A stretch of DNA of 64,000 nt, from contig CAXXLZ010000002.1 of NCBI GenBank assembly GCA_963675595.2, positions 2,208,001 through 2,272,000 of the forward strand. The letters run 5' to 3'. The notes beneath the pieces were generated by a model. The model was not told where the DNA came from. It saw only the letters and a program-made list of their open reading frames with translations, and did no database searches. A program made the position numbers and the translations under genes. The DNA is from Thermodesulfobacteriota bacterium (GTDB lineage: Bacteria > Desulfobacterota > Desulfarculia > JACQYL01). How positions within the stretch are numbered: position 1 is the stretch's first letter; each line of letters starts with the position of its first letter. Shown one piece after another: positions 37,274 through 48,200 of the stretch.

Positions 37274-40200
37274 ATGCGTTCCACAGGCAGCGTCAAGATC
37301 AAGTCGTTCTTCCAGATTATCCGCATGGGAATGGTTTTCTTCGTTCTGTTCGTATCGGGAGCCATTGCCGCAGATCAGGTTGTGACCAATAACAACAACT
37401 CCGGGGCGGGCTCATTGCGGCAAGCCATCGCAGACGTGGGCAATGGAGAGACCATCAGCTTTAATCTGTCCTCGGGCTCCGAAACCATCACGGTCTCGGA
37501 AGACGGCTCCGCAGCGGCATTCAATTTGACCGACGCCAAGAGCTTCACCATCGATGGGGAAAACACGGCGGGAAGCGGCACCCGGGTAACCATCCAAGTC
37601 ACGACTCCCGGAATCTCCGCGTTCAGGGTATTCAACATTAATGCGTCCGGACAAACCTACACCTTCAACAATTTGACGATAAAAGGCGGGGACATCTCAG
37701 GGGCATCCGAACACGGAGGGGTAATAAAATCAACCGCCGGCGACATAGTGATCGACAACTGCACCTTATCAAACAGCAAAGCCAATAACGGAGGCGCCCT
37801 ATTTCATCAGTATTCAAGCGTCACCATAAATGATTCCAACATTACGGACAACTATGCCACGGGCAAGGGCGGAGCTATTTATAGTCAGCCGTACAGCGGA
37901 AAACAACTTTCCGTTACCAATTCAACCTTCGACGGGAATGCAACAGCAACGGCAAGTCAATACCAGAATTACGGAGGAGCCATCTACGCCACTTCATCCG
38001 GCTCTTCAGACACCAATAAGTGCAAGATCACCGACTGCACTTTTATGAACGGCACCTCATGCAACGGCGGCGCCATCTATGTGAATGATGGAGGAATCGA
38101 TATATTAGGCTCGACGTTCACGGGAAACAGTGCAACCAACATGGGTGGAGCCGTCGGCATAGGAACTTCGGGGAGTACGGAAAACTGCAGGTTGGAAAAT
38201 TCAACGTTTTTTCAGAATACCGGTGCCTATGGCAGTGCGCTAATAGTTTTTGATGTCGTATACATGAACAATTGTACTGTTTACGACAATGAACATCAGA
38301 GTTGGGGCGCCGTGGCCACCCGGTTGAGTAACGCGAACCTGCACATGCGGAACTGCTTGTTGGCGGGGAACTCGACCTCCGGTGGAAGCAACATGGATTA
38401 CTACCTCAACGGCGGGACCGTCACCGACCACGGCTATAACATAGTGCAGTATCAATCGGGAACCAATTTCAATTCCACCACCGATATCCTTTACAACACC
38501 AAGGCCGACGGCACTACCGGATACGCAACATGGAATCAAAACAACTCCGATCTGGCCAATCAAAGCCTCAACATCGCCACGGCCCTTGCCGACAACGGCG
38601 GCAATACGAAGACGTTAAGCCTGGACAGCGGAAGCTTCGCCATTGACGCCGTTCCCTATACGGATTCCGGAAGCGGTGTCTGGAACGGCGCCCCAACCAC
38701 CGACGGAACCTACTATGACCAGCGTGGTGAGGCGACTCCGGCCGATAATCCCATCAGCATCGGAGCCTACACGGAGCCCCCGCCCGCTGTGGCACCCACG
38801 GTAACCACAACCGCCGTCTCGTCCATCACCACTACCACGGCCTCTTCCGGAGGCGAAGTCACCCTCGACGGCGGCGCGAACGTCACCGTTAGGGGCGTAT
38901 GTTGGAACACCACCGGCACTCCGGACACCGACGACGACAAAACCACCGACGACAACGGCACGGGCGAGTTCACCAGTTCCCTCACCAACCTCTCTCCCGG
39001 ACAAAAATATTATGTCCGCGCCTATGCGACCAACAGCGCGGGAACAGGTTACGGCGATGAAGAGGAGTTCACCACGGAAACCGCCGCACCCACGGTGACC
39101 ACCACCGCGGTTTCGTCCATCACCTCTACCACGGCCTCGTCCGGCGGTGATGTCACCGCCGACGGCGGCGCGAGCGTCATCGCCAGGGGCGTATGTTGGA
39201 ACACCACCGGCACTCCCGACACCGACGACGACAAGACCACCAACGACACCGGCACCGGCGAATTCACCAGTTCCCTCACCAACCTCTCTCCGGGCCAAAA
39301 ATACTATGTCCGGGCCTATGCAACCAACAGCGTGGGAACGGGTTACGGCGAGGAGGAGGAGTTCACCACGGAAACCGCCGCACCCACGGTGACCACCACC
39401 GCAGTTTCGTCCATCACCTCTACCACGGCCTCGTCCGGCGGCGATGTCACCGCCGACGGCGGCGCGAACGTCACCGCCAGGGGCGTATGCTGGAACACCA
39501 CCGGCACTCCCGACACCAATGACGACAAGACCGACAACGGCACAGGCACCGGTGAGTTCACCAGTTCCCTCAACAACCTTTCTCCGGGCCAAAAATACTA
39601 TGTCCGGGCCTATGCAACCAACAGCGTGGACACCGCTTACGGCAATGAAGTGGAGTTCACCGCCGATCCGGTCCTTCCCACGGTCACCACTACCGCGGCT
39701 TCGTCCATCACCACAACCACGGCTTCGTCCGGCGGTGATGTCACCTCCGACGGCGGCGGTGACATCACCGCCAGGGGCGTATGTTGGAACACCACGGGCA
39801 CTCCGGACACCGGTGACGACAAAACCACCAACGGTGCAGGCACGGGCTCTTTTGCCGGTTCCCTCACCAACCTCTCCCCGGGTCAAAAGTATTACGTCCG
39901 CGCCTATGCGACCAACGGCGCCGGAACCGCATACGGCAATCAGGTCTCCTTTACCACGGAAGCGGGCGCTCCCACGGTGACCACGGCCGCCGTTTCCTCC
40001 ATCACCGGCAACACGGCCTCCTGCGGCGGCAATGTCACCGCCGACGGCGGTGCGACCGTCACCGCCAGGGGCGTATGCTGGAACACCACCGGCACTCCCG
40101 ACACCGGCGACGACAAGACCAGCGACGGCACAGGCACGGGCTCCTTCGTCGGTTCGATCACCGGCCTGTCCACGGAAACCCGGTATTATGTCCGGGCCTA

Positions 40201-40882
40201 TGCAACCAATAGTAAAGGCACCGCTTACGGCAACGAAGTCGATTTCACCACCGGGGACGACAGCGACGGTGTGGACACGGCCGTTGAAAACGCCGTGCCC
40301 AGTCCCGGAGGCGGTACGGGAGACGGCAACGGGGACGGCACCCCGGACAAGGACCAAGCGGACGTGACTTCCCTGGAAACATGCGACCATACGGATTACG
40401 CCACCCTGGATTCCACGGCAAACGCCGGAACCAGCCTTAAAGACGTGACCGCCCTCTCTCCGGCTCAAGCCGGCGTGCCCGACGTCATCAACATGCCCTG
40501 CGGCGTGTTTCATTTCGAGGTCCACGGAGTGACGGCCGGCGAAGAAATAACCATGGAAATACTGGTCTCGAGGGACCCGTCCATCACGGGCTATTTCAAA
40601 TTGAACAAGTATACCGGAACCTGGGAAAACGTGGCCGTGGCCGTGGACCATACCTCCGTGCCCGGCAAAACCAAGATCACCTTTGTGCTGAAGGAGAGCG
40701 GTCCCTATGACAACGATGGAGACCCTTCCACCCTGACCGATCCGGGTGGACCCGGCGCCTATGCCGACGCCGCATATTCCGTGTCCCAAGTACCCACCCT
40801 ATCCCAATGGGGCATGCTCCTGATGTCGGCTTTGCTGGCTCTCTTCGCCGTTGTCCGTATTCGGAAAGGATACTCCGCCTAA
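37274..40882 (+). CDS. Large surface protein: beta-helix, choice-of-anchor-Q-like, five FN3-like repeats, choice-of-anchor-U-like, IPTL-CTERM
   Basis: AAGGA RBS and signal peptide; GAGSLRQAI, GGAI repeats, LADNGG..AIDA..DQRG..IGAY, YYVRAYATN x5, DPGGP, VPTLSQWGMLLM-TM-RIRK. Confidence 0.9.
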   Translation: MRSTGSVKIKSFFQIIRMGMVFFVLFVSGAIAADQVVTNNNNSGAGSLRQAIADVGNGETISFNLSSGSETITVSEDGSAAAFNLTDAKSFTIDGENTAGSGTRVTIQVTTPGISAFRVFNINASGQTYTFNNLTIKGGDISGASEHGGVIKSTAGDIVIDNCTLSNSKANNGGALFHQYSSVTINDSNITDNYATGKGGAIYSQPYSGKQLSVTNSTFDGNATATASQYQNYGGAIYATSSGSSDTNKCKITDCTFMNGTSCNGGAIYVNDGGIDILGSTFTGNSATNMGGAVGIGTSGSTENCRLENSTFFQNTGAYGSALIVFDVVYMNNCTVYDNEHQSWGAVATRLSNANLHMRNCLLAGNSTSGGSNMDYYLNGGTVTDHGYNIVQYQSGTNFNSTTDILYNTKADGTTGYATWNQNNSDLANQSLNIATALADNGGNTKTLSLDSGSFAIDAVPYTDSGSGVWNGAPTTDGTYYDQRGEATPADNPISIGAYTEPPPAVAPTVTTTAVSSITTTTASSGGEVTLDGGANVTVRGVCWNTTGTPDTDDDKTTDDNGTGEFTSSLTNLSPGQKYYVRAYATNSAGTGYGDEEEFTTETAAPTVTTTAVSSITSTTASSGGDVTADGGASVIARGVCWNTTGTPDTDDDKTTNDTGTGEFTSSLTNLSPGQKYYVRAYATNSVGTGYGEEEEFTTETAAPTVTTTAVSSITSTTASSGGDVTADGGANVTARGVCWNTTGTPDTNDDKTDNGTGTGEFTSSLNNLSPGQKYYVRAYATNSVDTAYGNEVEFTADPVLPTVTTTAASSITTTTASSGGDVTSDGGGDITARGVCWNTTGTPDTGDDKTTNGAGTGSFAGSLTNLSPGQKYYVRAYATNGAGTAYGNQVSFTTEAGAPTVTTAAVSSITGNTASCGGNVTADGGATVTARGVCWNTTGTPDTGDDKTSDGTGTGSFVGSITGLSTETRYYVRAYATNSKGTAYGNEVDFTTGDDSDGVDTAVENAVPSPGGGTGDGNGDGTPDKDQADVTSLETCDHTDYATLDSTANAGTSLKDVTALSPAQAGVPDVINMPCGVFHFEVHGVTAGEEITMEILVSRDPSITGYFKLNKYTGTWENVAVAVDHTSVPGKTKITFVLKESGPYDNDGDPSTLTDPGGPGAYADAAYSVSQVPTLSQWGMLLMSALLALFAVVRIRKGYSA
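38795..40255 (+). repeat. Five 294-bp tandem coding repeats
   Basis: PTVTT units start at 38795, 39089, 39383, 39677 and 39971. Confidence 0.93.
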
Positions 40883-40901
40883 ACGATCGAACCTGAAACA
40901 A

Positions 40902-40935
40902 GCCGTCGGGTGTCGCAAAACGGACGCCCGACGGT
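40902..40935 (+). terminator. Hairpin after the surface protein gene
   Basis: GCCGTCGGGTGTC-loop-GACGCCCGACGGT; poor U tract. Confidence 0.4.
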
Positions 40936-41762
40936 TCGTCCCCATCCAAACTCCCTGCCTCCAATCCAGCGCCGGCGCCCAAGAAGAAACGAAAATCGTC
41001 GGGTTCCCAGGCGAATTCCAAAACCAGCAGACTTCAGGAAATCAGCAGCGTTATCGCCCGTATTCGGAAAAATTATTTGCAGAAGGCATGATAACCTCCT
41101 ATAACGTTAAGTTATCGGTCATTGCTTTTCACTGGCCGTCGAGTCATTTCCTGGACGACCCATGGAGAACTTCGATGCGATCAAGCCTTCCGTATTGGAA
41201 ACACAGGGGCTCGCGAGGCGTACCAAAGCTCGCCGCTCCGACGCCGATCGCGCAGGTGAAAAGCAGGGTCCGGAAAAGGAGGGTAAGGAGCTCAGCTCGT
41301 TATTAGCCGACGAAGACCACGCCGGCGGAATCCTTAAGACCAAGGGAGACGACGCCCTGATGTTCTTTGTTCATGCGCCGTCGACTCCTTTGCATGTTTA
41401 AGGTCGGTTCCGATCCGAGAGGAAAAGTGATTCCAGGAAGAAATCTTCGTTCATGCTCAGGGTGGGAGGAAATACGGCCCGCCGAACCGGTTGCGCCTCT
41501 TGTCGCCCAAGTCGTCCGCCGCACAGATGCCGAAAAGGGATCGGCTCCCGCCTACGATGTACTCGATCTTTGTTCCCACGATATTGAAAAATCACGTGTC
41601 TTAGTCGTCCTCCCCAATAATGTCGACGCCCTCGGTAACCGGACAAACCCGGATCGTCCAATCCTCGCCTCACGTCCGAAGAGGGGAAACCGAGCGCTTA
41701 ATCGACAACTGTCGAACTCGTGTTCCGTCGAGCCTCAAACATCCCGACTGAAAGGAAGAGCC

Positions 41763-42947
41763 ATGGGAAGAATTTCGTCCGCCGTGGTCCTCATGTTCAC
41801 CGTCTTCATCCTCACGGTCGGACAGGTCCGGGCTGAAGGTCGACCGCTGAAGGTGGGGCTTCTGCTTCCATTGACGGGACCGGTTCCCGAATGGGGCAAG
41901 AAGCAGTCCGTGGGTGCTGAAATGGCGCTGGAAATGATCAACCGCAGAGGCGGAGTGATGGGCAACAGGGTGGAGGCAGTCGTCAGAGACACCGGAGGCG
42001 ACCCCCAACAGGCCCTCGCCCAATACCGGGAACTAGTGCTCGAAGAAGGCGTTTTGGCGGTTGTCGGGCCGCTCTTCAGCAATACATTCACGGCAATCGC
42101 GCCCGCCACCAACGACCTGAAAACGGCGATTATTGGAACCGCTTCAGCCCTACCCGGGCTGAGCGACCTGAAGCAGCGCCCTTACGCATTCCGCATGACC
42201 GTGACCTCCGATAAGAAAGAGGGCCCTTCGGTCAGGGCCTGGGCCTCGGCCCACCATATCCGAAGCGTCGTAATTCTCTACGACCGAACGGTGCCGGTCT
42301 GGACCACGGCGGCAACGAAGGTCTGGCCCGAGATCATGCACGATCTGAACATCGAGATCCTCAACCGCGATGATCCCATATCTTTTGAGACAGGCCAAAA
42401 AGACTACGGTCCGTGTGTCGAGCGAATCAAGGCCTATCACCCCGATGGTCTGTGCATCTCCGGCTTCTCCCCCGAAGTCGGACTTCTCCTAAAAGAAATT
42501 CGCATGCGTGGGTTGAAACAACCCGTTTTGGTAAGCAGCGGCGTTGCGAACCCCAAGGTCATTGAAGTCGCCGGTGATGCCGCGGAAGATTTATGGTCCG
42601 TGAGCCTGTTCTATTTGGACGATCCCAACCCCAAAGTGCGGGGCTATGTCGCCCGCTTCGAGAAACGATGCCGGGAAGAATACCCCGATATGAACTGCGA
42701 GTCGGAACAATACGACCAGGTCGTGTACGATATTCTCCTTTTTCTCGCGGATATCATGAAAAAGGAAATGATCGGCAACAATCCCGAAAATCTGCAAAAG
42801 GAGCGGGAGACCGTGAGGGACGGTCTCGCAAACATGGGCGTATGGCGGGGAACAGCCGGCATGATGGCCTTTGACGAGAAAGGAGACGGTATTCGCACCC
42901 TCCATGTGCTCAAAGTAAAGGACGGCAAGTGGCGACCCGCATTCTGA
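41763..42947 (+). CDS. LivJ-like periplasmic binding protein with no adjacent permease
   Basis: AAGGA RBS, signal peptide, LKVGLLLPLTGP, INRRGGVMG, GTAGMMAFDEKGD. Confidence 0.9.
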   Translation: MGRISSAVVLMFTVFILTVGQVRAEGRPLKVGLLLPLTGPVPEWGKKQSVGAEMALEMINRRGGVMGNRVEAVVRDTGGDPQQALAQYRELVLEEGVLAVVGPLFSNTFTAIAPATNDLKTAIIGTASALPGLSDLKQRPYAFRMTVTSDKKEGPSVRAWASAHHIRSVVILYDRTVPVWTTAATKVWPEIMHDLNIEILNRDDPISFETGQKDYGPCVERIKAYHPDGLCISGFSPEVGLLLKEIRMRGLKQPVLVSSGVANPKVIEVAGDAAEDLWSVSLFYLDDPNPKVRGYVARFEKRCREEYPDMNCESEQYDQVVYDILLFLADIMKKEMIGNNPENLQKERETVRDGLANMGVWRGTAGMMAFDEKGDGIRTLHVLKVKDGKWRPAF

Positions 42948-43058
42948 CGGACATGTCGAATCCGAAAGACTCAAGAAATTTGAGGAGGAGTATTTCCGTC
43001 ATATGAATCAGCACTCTTCATCGTCCATTCTTGGCTCACGATCACGAGAGGATACGAA

Positions 43059-46000
43059 ATGCCCATCAGAGAATCCGTAGGCGGCGGAGTAGCCGGAGGC
43101 CGACTCGGCATCTTCCGTGGAATGCGGGGAACGTTGCTGGCCTGGTTTGTTCTCTTGGCTCTCTTGCCCATGGTGCTGGTTGGGTCCATGGCCTATGACC
43201 GAGCGCGAAAAGCACTGACCCATGAGGCGAAGAGCAAGTTAATGGCCGTTCGGAAAGTCAAGCAGAGTATCCTGCAGACCTTGTTCCAGAGCTATGAATC
43301 GGACATCTTGTTCATCTCCCGGCTCCAGACGCTCAAGAGCGATATGGTGGACATGGAGGCCGGATTGAGATTCCTGGGTGCGGACAAACTACGGACGCTC
43401 TATCTCAACAAACCCGGCCTGGCGGATGCGAAGGACGGCAGCGCATACAGCGTGGTGCACAGTGAAGAACACGCCTTTTTCGAGAACTACATTCGCATCA
43501 ATAATTACGAGGACGTAATTCTCATCGATACGCAGGGCCATATCTTTTTCACCTATGCCAAAGGCGAGGCCTACGGCGCCGGTCTCATTTCCGATGTTTA
43601 CCACGATACCAATCTTGGGCGGCTTTTCCAAAAGCTGAAAACCTGCAAAGCCGGGGAGGTACTTCTTGAGGATGCCGCGCTGTTCGGAGACGATGTGGCG
43701 CTTTTCATGGGCACACCGGTCTACCGAGGAGAGGTGTGCCTCGGTTATCTCGTTCTCCAGCTCCCATTGGGCCGTATTAATCAGCAGATGAGTGAACGGG
43801 CGGGAATGGGCCGCACCGGCGAAACCTACCTCGTGGGTCCGGATCTCCGCCTGAGATCGGACACCTTCATAGACCCCGAATTTCGGAACCTGAAAGCCTC
43901 TCTCACCGGTACGGTGAAGAAGAACGGTATAGACACGCGGGCCGTTGAAGAAGCTTTGGCCGGCAAATCAGGCATCGAGGTCGTCACCGGCTACGGCGGC
44001 AATAAGGTCCTAAGCGCCTACGGACCGTTGAACGTCAAGGGGCTGCGCTGGGCCGTCATTGCCGAGATGGACCTGGATGAGGCGCTGGCCCCCATTATGT
44101 CTCTGAGACAGGTCTCGGTGGGCCTTGCGTTGCTGATGACCTTTGTCGCCGTGCTCCTGTCCCTGGCCGCTTCCGGCCGCATCGTAAGCCCCATTCGCCG
44201 GCTCACGGAGTGGTCCGAACGGATCGCCGACGGAGAGCTCAGCCAGGTCGACATCAAAGCTCCGGACAACGAAATCGGCGTACTCAACAATTCCTTCAGG
44301 AAAGCCGTGGAATCCCTCAAGACGGCCAACGCGGCCATCGTCAGGCAGACGAGACTACAAAGCGCCGTGAACCAGGTTTTCCGTCAGGCGTTGACTTCCG
44401 AAACCGAAGAGGAATTGGCGAAGGCGGTTCTTCATGTGGCGGAAGGATTAACGGAAAGCCGATACGGGTTCATCGGCATGCTGAACGCCTCGAAACTCAT
44501 GGATATCGTCGCGATCAACGATCGAGGTTGGAAAGACTGCAACATTGCGGAGCAGAACGCCGAAGAAATGATCAGGAACATGCCGGTACGAGGGATTGAC
44601 CGTACCGTTCTCCGAGACGGCATATCGAGGATACTGAATTCCGATGAAATTCCAATCCATCCCGATCGTGCGGGTACGCCTCCTGGGCATCCTCCGCTCT
44701 CCTCCTTGTTGGCCGTCCCCTTCAAGCGAAACGACCAATCGGTGGGCGTGATCGTTCTCGCGAACAAAGAAGAAGGCTACAGTTCCGAAGACCAGGAGAC
44801 GATCGAGGCATTTTCCGCCGCCTTCTACGAGGTGCTGCTGCGCAAGGAGATCGAGAATCAAGTTATGGAACAGGGAAAAGCTTTGAAGAGGCTTTCCTCG
44901 GAACTTGAGATCATCATAGACAGCATCCCCGGGGCGGTCTTTTACAAGGACCTGAACAACAATTACCTGCGGGTAAACAAGTATACGGCCGACGCGCACA
45001 ATCTTACCAAGGGCCGGATGGAAGGGAGAAGTTGCTTCGACCTGTATCCAAAACATGTGGCACAGGCTTATTGGGACGCCGACCTGGCCGTGGCCGCGGA
45101 TAAGAAGCCTCAGGTCAACGTGGATGAGCGCTGGGAGACCGCAAAAGGGTCTCGTTGGGTGAGCACCAGCAGGATTCCCAACTTGAACGATGAGGGCGAG
45201 GTCATTGGAATTATCGTCGTATCCATGGATATTGACGACCGACGGAAAGCGGAAGAAGCGCTGCGTGAAAAATCCGAACGCTTGATGGAACAAGACTGGC
45301 TGAAAACGGGAATCGGCACGTTAAACGAGGCATTGCGCGGAGATCCCGATATTGAGACGTTGGCATCCAGGACTCTCTCTGAAATGGCCCGTTACCTCAA
45401 TGCGCAGGTGGGCGCATTCTATGTTATGGGCCACGGCGGTGATCCTTCTCTCTCTCTCATGGGAAGCTATGCCTACAACAAACGCAAGAATCTCTCCAAT
45501 GTGTTCAGGCCCGGTGAAGGCCTGGTGGGCCAGGCGGCGCTTGAAAAACAGCAGATTCTTCTGCGCAATATTCCCGAGGACTACGTTAGGGTGACTTCGG
45601 GGCTTGGCGAACACGTGCCCCGATTTATTTGCGTTACTCCCGTTCTGTTGGATGATCGCGTCCTCGGAGTAATCGAATTAGGCACTCTTGAGGAAATAAG
45701 CGACCAACATATGAATTACCTCTCACAGGCCTGCCGGGCGTTGGCCATGGCCGTACAATCCGCGAACGGTCGGACGCAACTGGATGCGGCTTTGGAAGAA
45801 TCGCAGCGGCTGACTGAAGAGCTTCAGGTGCAGCAGGAAGAATTGAAAACGTCCAACGAGGAACTGGAGGAACAGGCCCGGCTGTTGAAAGACTCGGAGG
45901 AAAGACTCAAGAACCAACAGGAGGAGCTTCAGGTCTCCAATGAGGAACTGGAGGAAAAAAACGACCTTCTTGAACGGCAAACCAAAGAAGTTGAGCGAGC

Positions 46001-48068
46001 CAAAATAGAGGTCGAGGAGAAAGCCGAGCAGGTGGCATTGGCCAGCAAACACAAATCCGAGTTCCTTGCCAACATGTCCCATGAACTGCGCACCCCTCTC
46101 AACAGTCTTCTGCTCCTGGCCCGCAGTCTGGCCGAAAACAAGAGCGGCAACCTTACGGAAGAACAGGTGGAATCGGCAAAAGTCATCCACGGAAGCGGGA
46201 ACGATCTGCTCAACCTGATCAATGAGATTCTGGACCTGTCAAAGATCGAGGCGGGAAGAATGGATTTGCACCTGAGCGGCGTTTTCATCTCTGAATTGGC
46301 CGAAAGTGTGCGCGCAGGCTTCCGACACCTCGCGGAAGACAAAGGTTTGGCGCTTGAAATCGTGATACACGATGAAGCTCCGCAGGAAATCGTCACCGAC
46401 AGAAAGCGCATTGAACAAATCATCAGGAACCTCATGTCCAATGCTCTCAAATTCACCGACGAAGGGAAAGTCGAAGTGGCATTCGGGCGCCCCTCGAAAG
46501 ATATGGGCCTCCCCGGCAATTGGTCGTCGGCGAAGGACACGTTGTCCGTCTCCGTTACGGATACGGGTATCGGCATTGCGAAAGACCAGCAAAAGGTGAT
46601 TTTTGAGGCGTTTCAGCAGGCCGACGGCGGAACGTCCAGAAGATACGGAGGCACCGGCCTCGGCCTGTCTCTCTCCCGGGAACTGGCTCACCTGTTGGGC
46701 GGTGATATACAACTCAAAAGCGAACCGGGAAAGGGCTCGGTATTTACCCTATACGTCCCCGTGAGTCGGGAGGCGGACGGAACAAAGAACGCACACAATC
46801 CGGTGACGCCCGCGAGAGCCAGGTCCGCTCAACGGAATGTGACGCCGAGACCTCATTCGGAATGGATTCCCGATGATCGGGACACGATTACGGAATCGGA
46901 CAAGGTGATTCTCCTGATCGAAGATGATCCGGCATTCGCGCGAATACTGCATAACAAGTGCCATGATCGCGGGTTCAAATGTCTGGCCGCACCGACGGGT
47001 GAGGAGGCTCTGTCCTTGGCCGGCAGGTACGTTCCCAGCGGCATCATTCTCGACCTGCGTCTCCCCGGCATGGATGGCTGGGCCGTGCTGACCGCCTTAA
47101 AAGACGACATCCGAACACGACATGTCCCCGTCCATATCATCTCCGTGGATGAAGCCGGTACCGAATCCTTACGCAAAGGCGCGGTGGGCCACGCCACCAA
47201 GCCTATCTCCCAGGAAGACCTGGAGCAGGTGTTTCAGAAAATTGAATCGACCATAGTGGAAGGAGCCAAGCGCGTCCTCGTGGTGGAGGACGACCCTCGG
47301 ATGCGCGCCGACATCAGGCAACTCGTCGAGGACGGCGATGTCGAAGTCGCCGAGGCCGCCACGGGAAAGCAGGCACTCGAGGCCTTGCGAACCGAAGACT
47401 ATGGATGCGTACTTCTCGACCTGAACCTGCCGGACATGGACGGTGGACAATTGATCAATCAGGCACAGGCCGAAGGCATAAGCCTGCCTCCGGTGGTGGT
47501 GCACACCGCCAGGGATCTCTCGGAGCAGGAAGAACTGGAATTGAGGGAACATGCCGAGTCGATCGTGATCAAGGACGTGCGTTCACAGGAACGCCTCCTC
47601 GACGAAGTCACGCTGTTTCTGCATCGAATGGTCAATAAAATGCCCGAGATGAAAAAACAGATCATTCGGAACCTGCATGAAACCGACGTCTTACTCAAAG
47701 ACAAGAAAGTGCTGGTGGTGGATGACGATATGCGAACGACATTCGCCATGTCCCGTTTGCTCGCAGAACACGGGATCAAGCCTTTGAAGGCGGGCAATGG
47801 GGAACAAGCGCTTGAGATTCTCAATCGGGAATCGGACATAAGTCTCGTGCTTATGGACATCATGATGCCTGTGATGGACGGCTATGAAGCCGTGAAGCGG
47901 ATTCGCGCGAATGCGAAGTTTCGAAACCTGCCCATCATCGTATTAACGGCAAAGGCCATGCCGGAAGACCGTCATAAATGTATCGAGGCGGGGGCCAACG
48001 ACTATCTGGCCAAGCCGGTGGACCAGGATCGTCTCATTTCCATGTTGAGAGTTTGGTTGTACAGGTGA
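43059..48068 (+). CDS. Hybrid sensor kinase (Cache-HAMP-GAF-PAS-GAF-coiled coil-HisKA-HATPase-3xREC)
   Basis: TM-flanked GRTGETYLVG Cache domain; EELQVQQEELKTSNEELEEQ; FLANMSHELRTPLN; DTGIGI, GGTGLGL; three receiver domains. Confidence 0.94.
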   Translation: MPIRESVGGGVAGGRLGIFRGMRGTLLAWFVLLALLPMVLVGSMAYDRARKALTHEAKSKLMAVRKVKQSILQTLFQSYESDILFISRLQTLKSDMVDMEAGLRFLGADKLRTLYLNKPGLADAKDGSAYSVVHSEEHAFFENYIRINNYEDVILIDTQGHIFFTYAKGEAYGAGLISDVYHDTNLGRLFQKLKTCKAGEVLLEDAALFGDDVALFMGTPVYRGEVCLGYLVLQLPLGRINQQMSERAGMGRTGETYLVGPDLRLRSDTFIDPEFRNLKASLTGTVKKNGIDTRAVEEALAGKSGIEVVTGYGGNKVLSAYGPLNVKGLRWAVIAEMDLDEALAPIMSLRQVSVGLALLMTFVAVLLSLAASGRIVSPIRRLTEWSERIADGELSQVDIKAPDNEIGVLNNSFRKAVESLKTANAAIVRQTRLQSAVNQVFRQALTSETEEELAKAVLHVAEGLTESRYGFIGMLNASKLMDIVAINDRGWKDCNIAEQNAEEMIRNMPVRGIDRTVLRDGISRILNSDEIPIHPDRAGTPPGHPPLSSLLAVPFKRNDQSVGVIVLANKEEGYSSEDQETIEAFSAAFYEVLLRKEIENQVMEQGKALKRLSSELEIIIDSIPGAVFYKDLNNNYLRVNKYTADAHNLTKGRMEGRSCFDLYPKHVAQAYWDADLAVAADKKPQVNVDERWETAKGSRWVSTSRIPNLNDEGEVIGIIVVSMDIDDRRKAEEALREKSERLMEQDWLKTGIGTLNEALRGDPDIETLASRTLSEMARYLNAQVGAFYVMGHGGDPSLSLMGSYAYNKRKNLSNVFRPGEGLVGQAALEKQQILLRNIPEDYVRVTSGLGEHVPRFICVTPVLLDDRVLGVIELGTLEEISDQHMNYLSQACRALAMAVQSANGRTQLDAALEESQRLTEELQVQQEELKTSNEELEEQARLLKDSEERLKNQQEELQVSNEELEEKNDLLERQTKEVERAKIEVEEKAEQVALASKHKSEFLANMSHELRTPLNSLLLLARSLAENKSGNLTEEQVESAKVIHGSGNDLLNLINEILDLSKIEAGRMDLHLSGVFISELAESVRAGFRHLAEDKGLALEIVIHDEAPQEIVTDRKRIEQIIRNLMSNALKFTDEGKVEVAFGRPSKDMGLPGNWSSAKDTLSVSVTDTGIGIAKDQQKVIFEAFQQADGGTSRRYGGTGLGLSLSRELAHLLGGDIQLKSEPGKGSVFTLYVPVSREADGTKNAHNPVTPARARSAQRNVTPRPHSEWIPDDRDTITESDKVILLIEDDPAFARILHNKCHDRGFKCLAAPTGEEALSLAGRYVPSGIILDLRLPGMDGWAVLTALKDDIRTRHVPVHIISVDEAGTESLRKGAVGHATKPISQEDLEQVFQKIESTIVEGAKRVLVVEDDPRMRADIRQLVEDGDVEVAEAATGKQALEALRTEDYGCVLLDLNLPDMDGGQLINQAQAEGISLPPVVVHTARDLSEQEELELREHAESIVIKDVRSQERLLDEVTLFLHRMVNKMPEMKKQIIRNLHETDVLLKDKKVLVVDDDMRTTFAMSRLLAEHGIKPLKAGNGEQALEILNRESDISLVLMDIMMPVMDGYEAVKRIRANAKFRNLPIIVLTAKAMPEDRHKCIEAGANDYLAKPVDQDRLISMLRVWLYR

Positions 48069-48200
48069 GACCCGAAGTAAGGTTGGCACTTATCGTCGCT
48101 GAGGCGAACACCATGCATGGCTCATGGCTCGGACTCAGGCGCCCTGTATGTCTTTCTCGGCCGACCTATCAGGTCGGACCTATGCGGGAGACTGATACCC

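Noticed and set aside
38795-40255. CRISPR array or DGR template/variable repeats
   Set aside because: Units are 294-bp in-frame protein domains without spacers; no cas or reverse transcriptase gene in the window, and differences are not adenine-specific.
38615-40789. 724-aa minus-strand ORF and repeated 77-aa ORFs
   Set aside because: Antisense shadows of the FN3 repeats.
41119-41762. Short ORFs and the long N-terminal extension of the binding protein
   Set aside because: No recognisable motif; RBS and signal peptide support the start at 41763.
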